DNA from: a virus
Lineage: Duplodnaviria > Caudoviricetes
Strand: one strand, 5' to 3'
Virus record (IMG/VR): IMGVR_UViG_3300042914_003272
Coordinates: 11,164-75,163 of that record
DNA: 64,000 nucleotides
Made by a program: the position numbers and the translations under genes. Below the pieces are notes generated by a model, which saw only the letters and a list, made by a program, of their open reading frames with translations, was not told the origin of the DNA and did not search any database. This document shows positions 59,291-64,000 of the stretch, piece by piece (within the stretch, counting starts at the first letter, position 1; each line of letters opens with the position of its first letter).

Positions 59291-59485
59291 ATGACAGAAC
59301 TAGAAAAGCAAATTAGAGATAAATTCTCTATGGGTATTGCTCCACTAAGTGACAGTGAAAGCATTTTTAAGTATGTCAAAGATTTAATTAATCAGATAGA
59401 AGATTTTATGGCTTCTGCCGATGGTCAACAATTAAACTTCAACTTATCCGTTTTAAAGGAAATTTCTGAAGATGTGTTAGAATAA
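59291..59485 (+). CDS. hypothetical protein
   Basis: 64-aa ORF. Confidence 0.45.
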   Translation: MTELEKQIRDKFSMGIAPLSDSESIFKYVKDLINQIEDFMASADGQQLNFNLSVLKEISEDVLE

Positions 59486-59623
59486 CCCTCATGTCGCAAT
59501 GCCTATTAGGTGGGGTAATTTAGTTAAAGCTAATAGATGCCCAAAACAAACGACCGAGGTATTACCTCAAACAATACTCCCTATTAGGGCTGGCAAATTG
59601 TTTATAGCCAGAATGGAGTAGTT

Positions 59624-59857
59624 ATGAGATTTAAAGCAGTTTGTAATCTAAAGAGAAGCACTCCTAGCGGTGCTGAAGATGCAAGTTACAGAGTATCAAG
59701 AAGCCATCTAAATCAAAAAGTTTCCCCAGGATATGAAATAGGAGATGTTTTTGACTATGTATTTGGCAGTAATTCAGGATTGTGGCTTAAAGACAAGGAT
59801 GGGTTAACTGTCTTTGTGCCAACAGGCGAAGTTCAATGTTTTGATGAAATAGATTAG
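59624..59857 (+). CDS. hypothetical protein
   Basis: GGAG RBS. Confidence 0.5.
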   Translation: MRFKAVCNLKRSTPSGAEDASYRVSRSHLNQKVSPGYEIGDVFDYVFGSNSGLWLKDKDGLTVFVPTGEVQCFDEID

Positions 59858-59861
59858 ACCG

Positions 59862-60113
59862 CTAAAGAAAGCACCTAAGCAGCCCAACAATCAATCCTAA
59901 TACCTTTTCTTTGCACTGAATCTTACTTTGAGCTATGACGTAATCTATTAACTCGTCATAGCTCATTTTAGTTTCTGTTGTATTAGTTTTAACTTCCAAG
60001 GCATTCAACGCCCACTCTATTCTTTGGGTATAAGAATGTCCTGGTAGTCTGTCTATTCTTTCTATAACTCTAGGATGTAGATTAACAGACTTAAACTTTA
60101 CATTTTTACTCAT
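59862..60113 (-). CDS. possible ribbon-helix-helix regulator
   Basis: KFKSVNLHPRVIERIDRL strand-helix pattern. Confidence 0.4.
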   Translation of the reverse strand: MSKNVKFKSVNLHPRVIERIDRLPGHSYTQRIEWALNALEVKTNTTETKMSYDELIDYVIAQSKIQCKEKVLGLIVGLLRCFL

Positions 60114-60222
60114 AGTGTTCTACCGCTATAACATCTTTGTGGAATTAACCATTGTAGAATAAAAATACAAGGCTAACGCCTTATTTGTGGTGATAAAAAA
60201 AAGATTGAAAGGAGTTTGAATT

Positions 60223-60666
60223 ATGTCCATTTACACAGGTTCTTTACCTGACGTAACTTTTCCTGTTAACGTATCCAACACCGGATTCAATTTAGTCTCT
60301 GTTTCCGACCTAGGTTTAGATGGAGAGGATGACGATGGTATTGCTGGCACAGCTACAGTAAAGGCAGTCTGTTTTAACATCCAGGAAATCCCTGGAATAA
60401 TAAAGGACGCAGGTTGTGAACTTAGCCACAGAATGATGGCAGCATACATTAACCCTGTTTGTTTCAGAGTGGAGAATTCTCATCCTTGGTTCAATAAATT
60501 AGTCCCTCAATTCTACGACTGGAGCTATGTAGAGGTTGAAGTCCTTGGCGTAAAGTTCCTCTCTCAGTCAGAAGACTACCCTTCTGGCATCTATTCCACG
60601 GAGGTAGCTGAATTACTCATTGGGGTTACCAGCCAACGTCTTAATCAATTAGATAGATATATCTAA
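60223..60666 (+). CDS. hypothetical protein
   Basis: AAGGAG RBS after class B motif 60172. Confidence 0.6.
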   Translation: MSIYTGSLPDVTFPVNVSNTGFNLVSVSDLGLDGEDDDGIAGTATVKAVCFNIQEIPGIIKDAGCELSHRMMAAYINPVCFRVENSHPWFNKLVPQFYDWSYVEVEVLGVKFLSQSEDYPSGIYSTEVAELLIGVTSQRLNQLDRYI

Positions 60667-60670
60667 AAAA

Positions 60671-60718
60671 ATGAGTGTGATTATTCTCTTGACAAGTATC
60701 ACACTCATAAGATATCTT
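60671..60718 (+). promoter_or_regulatory. sigma70 promoter overlapped by 11-bp inverted-repeat operator
   Basis: ATGAGTGTGAT..TTGACA..ATCACACTCAT; TTGACA-18-TATCTT. Confidence 0.5.
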
Positions 60719-60758
60719 TTCATTATGAGTTCCAAGAACTGCTGAGAACTGTTAACCA

Positions 60759-61049
60759 ATGAAAGCCATAAACGGGGATTCAATAGAGTCCCCAACTATT
60801 TACACCAGGACAGAAGCAGGAATGGAGTTAGTACCTCCGGTGTCTGCTAGACAAGTTCAGGAGTATTTAAACATAGCCCGATTATTTATTCCAGGGTTTG
60901 ATGTGTTTAATGGTTTAGAAGGTGGGTTATCAAATGCCCCTATTAAACCAATTCACATTCCCACCCTACAAAAGATACGGGAATACGTCAGAGAAACCAA
61001 GAGTTTAGTTAAGGCAAGAATTAAAATCGCGGAGGAATATAAGAAGTGA
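60759..61049 (+). CDS. putative DNA-binding protein
   Basis: YTRTEAG.EL...VSARQVQEYL HTH-like pattern. Confidence 0.5.
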   Translation: MKAINGDSIESPTIYTRTEAGMELVPPVSARQVQEYLNIARLFIPGFDVFNGLEGGLSNAPIKPIHIPTLQKIREYVRETKSLVKARIKIAEEYKK

Positions 61050-61612
61050 AGTTAAGTGATGCAGCAAAGATTTTAAATACTCCAGTCAGGGAGTTAATTG
61101 ACAGAATGACCAAGGCTGTTCCTGAAACAACATGGAAAGCCGATACGGTTCTTCCTCAAGAATTTGTTGAGCAATTAAACGTTTACTCTCAAGAATATCA
61201 GCAAGTAGTTGGATTACCCAAGCAAGAAGCTCAAAACGCTATTGAAGCTGTGGGTGAGTCTAAGCTAGTTCTTGAGTCTTTAGACTATGCCATCCTAGAG
61301 TCTTTAGCTGATGAAAGGACTTACCAACTATTAGTTGAATCAGCCCACCAAGCTGTTGACGACTACCAACAAGCCAAAGTCGTTTACTCAGAAATTATTT
61401 CTCAATTAGCATCTGAAGATATCAATGCCTTACAGGAAAGACGTAAATCCTTTGATGCCAAGATATCTCAATCTGCTATGAGTCGTTCTAAGACCTTGGG
61501 GGAGTTGCAAGGGAGATTAGCGGTTCAGTCCCAAGGTCTCCTAACCACCCGTCAGAACTCACAAGACTTGAAGAATCAAATATTGCAAGCGGCATTAGGG
61601 CATCAACCCTAG
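61046..61612 (+). CDS. HTH + coiled-coil protein
   Basis: MKLSDAAKILNTPVRELI N-terminal HTH-like; long coiled coil. Confidence 0.55.
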   Translation: MKLSDAAKILNTPVRELIDRMTKAVPETTWKADTVLPQEFVEQLNVYSQEYQQVVGLPKQEAQNAIEAVGESKLVLESLDYAILESLADERTYQLLVESAHQAVDDYQQAKVVYSEIISQLASEDINALQERRKSFDAKISQSAMSRSKTLGELQGRLAVQSQGLLTTRQNSQDLKNQILQAALGHQP

Positions 61613-61632
61613 AGGGTCTAACGCCCCAGGAA

Positions 61633-63107
61633 TTGCGAAGGGTTGCAATTTTGTTAACAGATGTTGAAATACAGGAAAGAAAAAAGAAGATGTTTAATGA
61701 TGTTTTGGCAGGTGTACTGGGATTAAGTAGTATTGGCGGTAGCATTGCCACTCTTAGTTATTGTACTGCATCTATATCAGTGGCTACTGGTGGTGCAGTT
61801 CTATTCCCTCTAGGGATAGTTTTATTTGCTGGTTTAATTTACGCAGGTAAATGGAGTAAAGGAGAGTTGAGGTAAGTGAAAAAACGCACACAGGTCTACA
61901 AAGAACAAGAATTAATAACTGACATCAACATAGACAACCCTAACTTTTGGAGTCTTCTTAACAAAGATAATATGACTAACGCATTAGCAATTAGCATAGT
62001 TATCTTAGTTATTAGCCTCTCCTATTCAGCTATTAGACAACCAACAGCATCTAGAGTTTCTGATAATCCAGTTCAAAAGGTAGGTGCTTATGACAAGCAG
62101 GAGTAGTCACAGACCTGATTTCATCAATAATCTGTTCCCTGTAATAATTACTTGGGTGGCAACAGGCTGGATGATACTTGATTCATCCTTTACAATAAGC
62201 CGTGCCTTTGATGCTTTCAAACCACCTAATTTCTTCCTTAGATTGTTTGTGGCTGTAGCCTTTGGAGTAAGTTGTGCATTTGCTCAAAAGGTTTTGTTTG
62301 AACTACTAGTAGATTCAGACAAAAGGAAGCAATGGGTAGTAACCCCTTTTGAAAGTGGTATGCTACCCAAGTTGTTTCTTATTGTAGTTGCTGGTTTAGC
62401 TGTCTACCTTATCCACTTTAGTTGGATGGCTACTGGTAATTCATTGGGAATGACTAAAGGTGTATTTGCAATTCCCAACTTTGGGCAAAAAGAATTAATA
62501 GACATTTCCACTTATATCACTAGCATTTTTAGTGGATTGTTCATAGCATTCATTGATGAAATACTTTTTCTCTTTGCAACAATATTAGAACCAAGGAAGT
62601 AAACAAATGGCATTTATAGTTTATCTGGCATTAGGAATGTGTGTACTAGGTTTCCTCCTAGCTCTTGATAGAACAAGTAATAAGAAATTAGACCGCAAAA
62701 TTAAAGGCAAAAATATCTCTATGCCTAACCTTGAAATTATGTTTGGGAATAAGAAAAAAAGAAGATGAGATTAATTAAATTAGTTGCATCAATTATCATT
62801 GCAGCTAGTTCCCTTTTTGGGATTTACTACACTCTATGCCTAGCCGCTTACACAACTTCAACCACTCAAGAATATGTTAGAAAATAATGCAAAAGAAAGT
62901 GTAAAACCTAATTTATTTATAGTAGGAACGGTTGGCTTTTACAAGTTCTTAATAAGTTTAAACCCCAAATCATTAGCGGTAGGACTTATAGTAGGTTGGC
63001 TAATAATTCCATCTCCTATGGCTTTATTATTCCCTAAGCCAATACAGCAAGCTTTAAAGAATGTGAGTTGTGGGGTTAACAAAGTTTATCAAAGGTTGGG
63101 GATATAA
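61633..63107 (+). CDS. cluster of six small membrane proteins (61633-61875, 61876-62106, 62084-62602, 62607-62768, 62765-62887, 62874-63107)
   Basis: Each has 1-4 hydrophobic helices; abutting or overlapping; two found by manual translation. Confidence 0.6.
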
Positions 63108-63159
63108 CCCCGCACACAGTTAATGGGGCAATTGCCCCAACAGTAGTGAGGTTGATTAA

Positions 63160-64000
63160 ATGCTATCCCAATTCCTATCCCTCTACCTCTTAACCCAACA
63201 ACCTCAACCCCGCCACACAGATGGTTTAGTTTTTGCTGGGTTTATTTCTTTGGTGGGGGGATTATTTCTTTGGGAGAAAAACAGAATTAGAAAGTCAAAG
63301 GAGGAAGTTTTTACTCCTCCCCAACCTTCTAGCAAAACAAAAAGCGTGAAAACGGAAGCGGCGGTTCAACCTACAACGGAAGTTGATATTCCAAGTATTC
63401 CTACTTATAGCTTTAAATTCTCTGATGACATCTCGGAACTTCTGAGCAGGATAGCCAGAGAAGACGGGAGTACGGCTTTATGTGGCGACCCTGGAACTGG
63501 TAAATCTACAATTACCCGTGAGTATATCCGGCAAGTCCAACAGAGTTCTGATAAGGCTGTAATTAAAGTATTGGCGGTTAAGAATGATAGTTTTTGTGGA
63601 TTGCGAGAATCTGGGAATGTTACTCAGTTTGATGAGGATGAGATTGACGTAGCCCTATCTTTTTTTAAGCAGGTAAAAGATGAATATAAAAGAAGAAAGA
63701 AATTACCTGAAGATAAGCGGGGATGTTTATCACCTTACGTAGTTATTCTTGATGACTGGATATCTATTAGTAGTGCATTAATTAAACATCAGTTTAGACA
63801 ACCTAGAAAAAAAGTTGATGAAGATAATGCACCAGTTGAAGAAATAGACTTTGGTTCTATTCTCTATAATATACTCACAATTGGTAGAGAATTTAATATG
63901 AAGTTCTTTGTTAACCTTCATTCTTTAAACCTTGAAGCTATTGGTATTAAATCAATGGATTCTAATTCTAGAAGTATGTTAAAAGTAGTTCTTTTAGGAA
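63160..64000 (+). CDS. membrane-anchored FtsK/HerA/VirD4-like P-loop ATPase (partial)
   Basis: Open frame from ATG 63160 to window end: N-terminal TM, CGDPGTGKST Walker A (63481), VVILDDW Walker B, GRE..M....HS. Confidence 0.75.
   Translation, partial: MLSQFLSLYLLTQQPQPRHTDGLVFAGFISLVGGLFLWEKNRIRKSKEEVFTPPQPSSKTKSVKTEAAVQPTTEVDIPSIPTYSFKFSDDISELLSRIAREDGSTALCGDPGTGKSTITREYIRQVQQSSDKAVIKVLAVKNDSFCGLRESGNVTQFDEDEIDVALSFFKQVKDEYKRRKKLPEDKRGCLSPYVVILDDWISISSALIKHQFRQPRKKVDEDNAPVEEIDFGSILYNILTIGREFNMKFFVNLHSLNLEAIGIKSMDSNSRSMLKVVLLG

Larger units (their letters stand above)
11034..60193 (+). promoter_or_regulatory. class B dispersed hairpin promoter motif: stem-GC-TAAC-GC-stem, usually N10-(G/T)TGA
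   Basis: GCTAACGC cores at 11037,12957,15479,16725,19433,24974,34456,34768,35027,43471,43810,45144,48329,48719,49575,54057,54319,54957,56080,57144,57911,58401,60172; loop variants at 2690,19306,23713,32710,45870,47641,63128 and minus-strand 51882. Confidence 0.8.

Noticed and set aside
11034-60193. GGCTAAC repeats as integron attC sites
   Set aside because: They do not fit RYYYAAC...GTTRRRY long imperfect palindromes, no integrase is present, and the fixed N10-GTGA geometry fits a promoter better
171-61751. Short ORFs antisense or out-of-frame within larger genes (e.g. 171-377, 9161-9430, 23433-23678, 26045-26380, 35572-35862, 50969-51259, 60231-60449)
   Set aside because: Shadow ORFs of well-supported genes, without RBS or promoter support

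Overview
The whole 64-kb window is part of a large tailed dsDNA phage of a filamentous, probably heterocyst-forming cyanobacterium. No host housekeeping block is visible. Virion and packaging genes lie mostly on the minus strand: an N4-gp56-like major capsid protein split by a 265-nt group I intron, a portal, a probable scaffold, TerL, a probable TerS, and Gly/Ala-rich internal-virion proteins. They are interleaved with plus-strand islands of small early/middle genes. DNA-metabolism genes include DnaB, a UvrD-like helicase, SSB, Gp157, dCTP deaminase and an initiator-like HTH protein. Transcription genes include a sigma factor lacking region 4 and an 803-aa single-subunit two-barrel (YonO/QDE-1-like) RNA polymerase. 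Most plus-strand units are preceded by one of two mini-hairpin promoter-like motifs (GC-TAC-GC...TGTAGTT, or GC-TAAC-GC-N10-GTGA), about 50 copies in total. The most striking feature is absent from the ORF track: a self-contained cassette at 19303-19426 encoding the 7-aa peptide MERGSGR, the active HetR-inhibiting ERGSGR motif of cyanobacterial PatS/HetN. Other candidates are a sigma70-driven ncRNA, an iteron-like origin region, and a cluster of small membrane proteins with an FtsK-like ATPase. All family assignments come from motif recognition by eye; no database searches were run.
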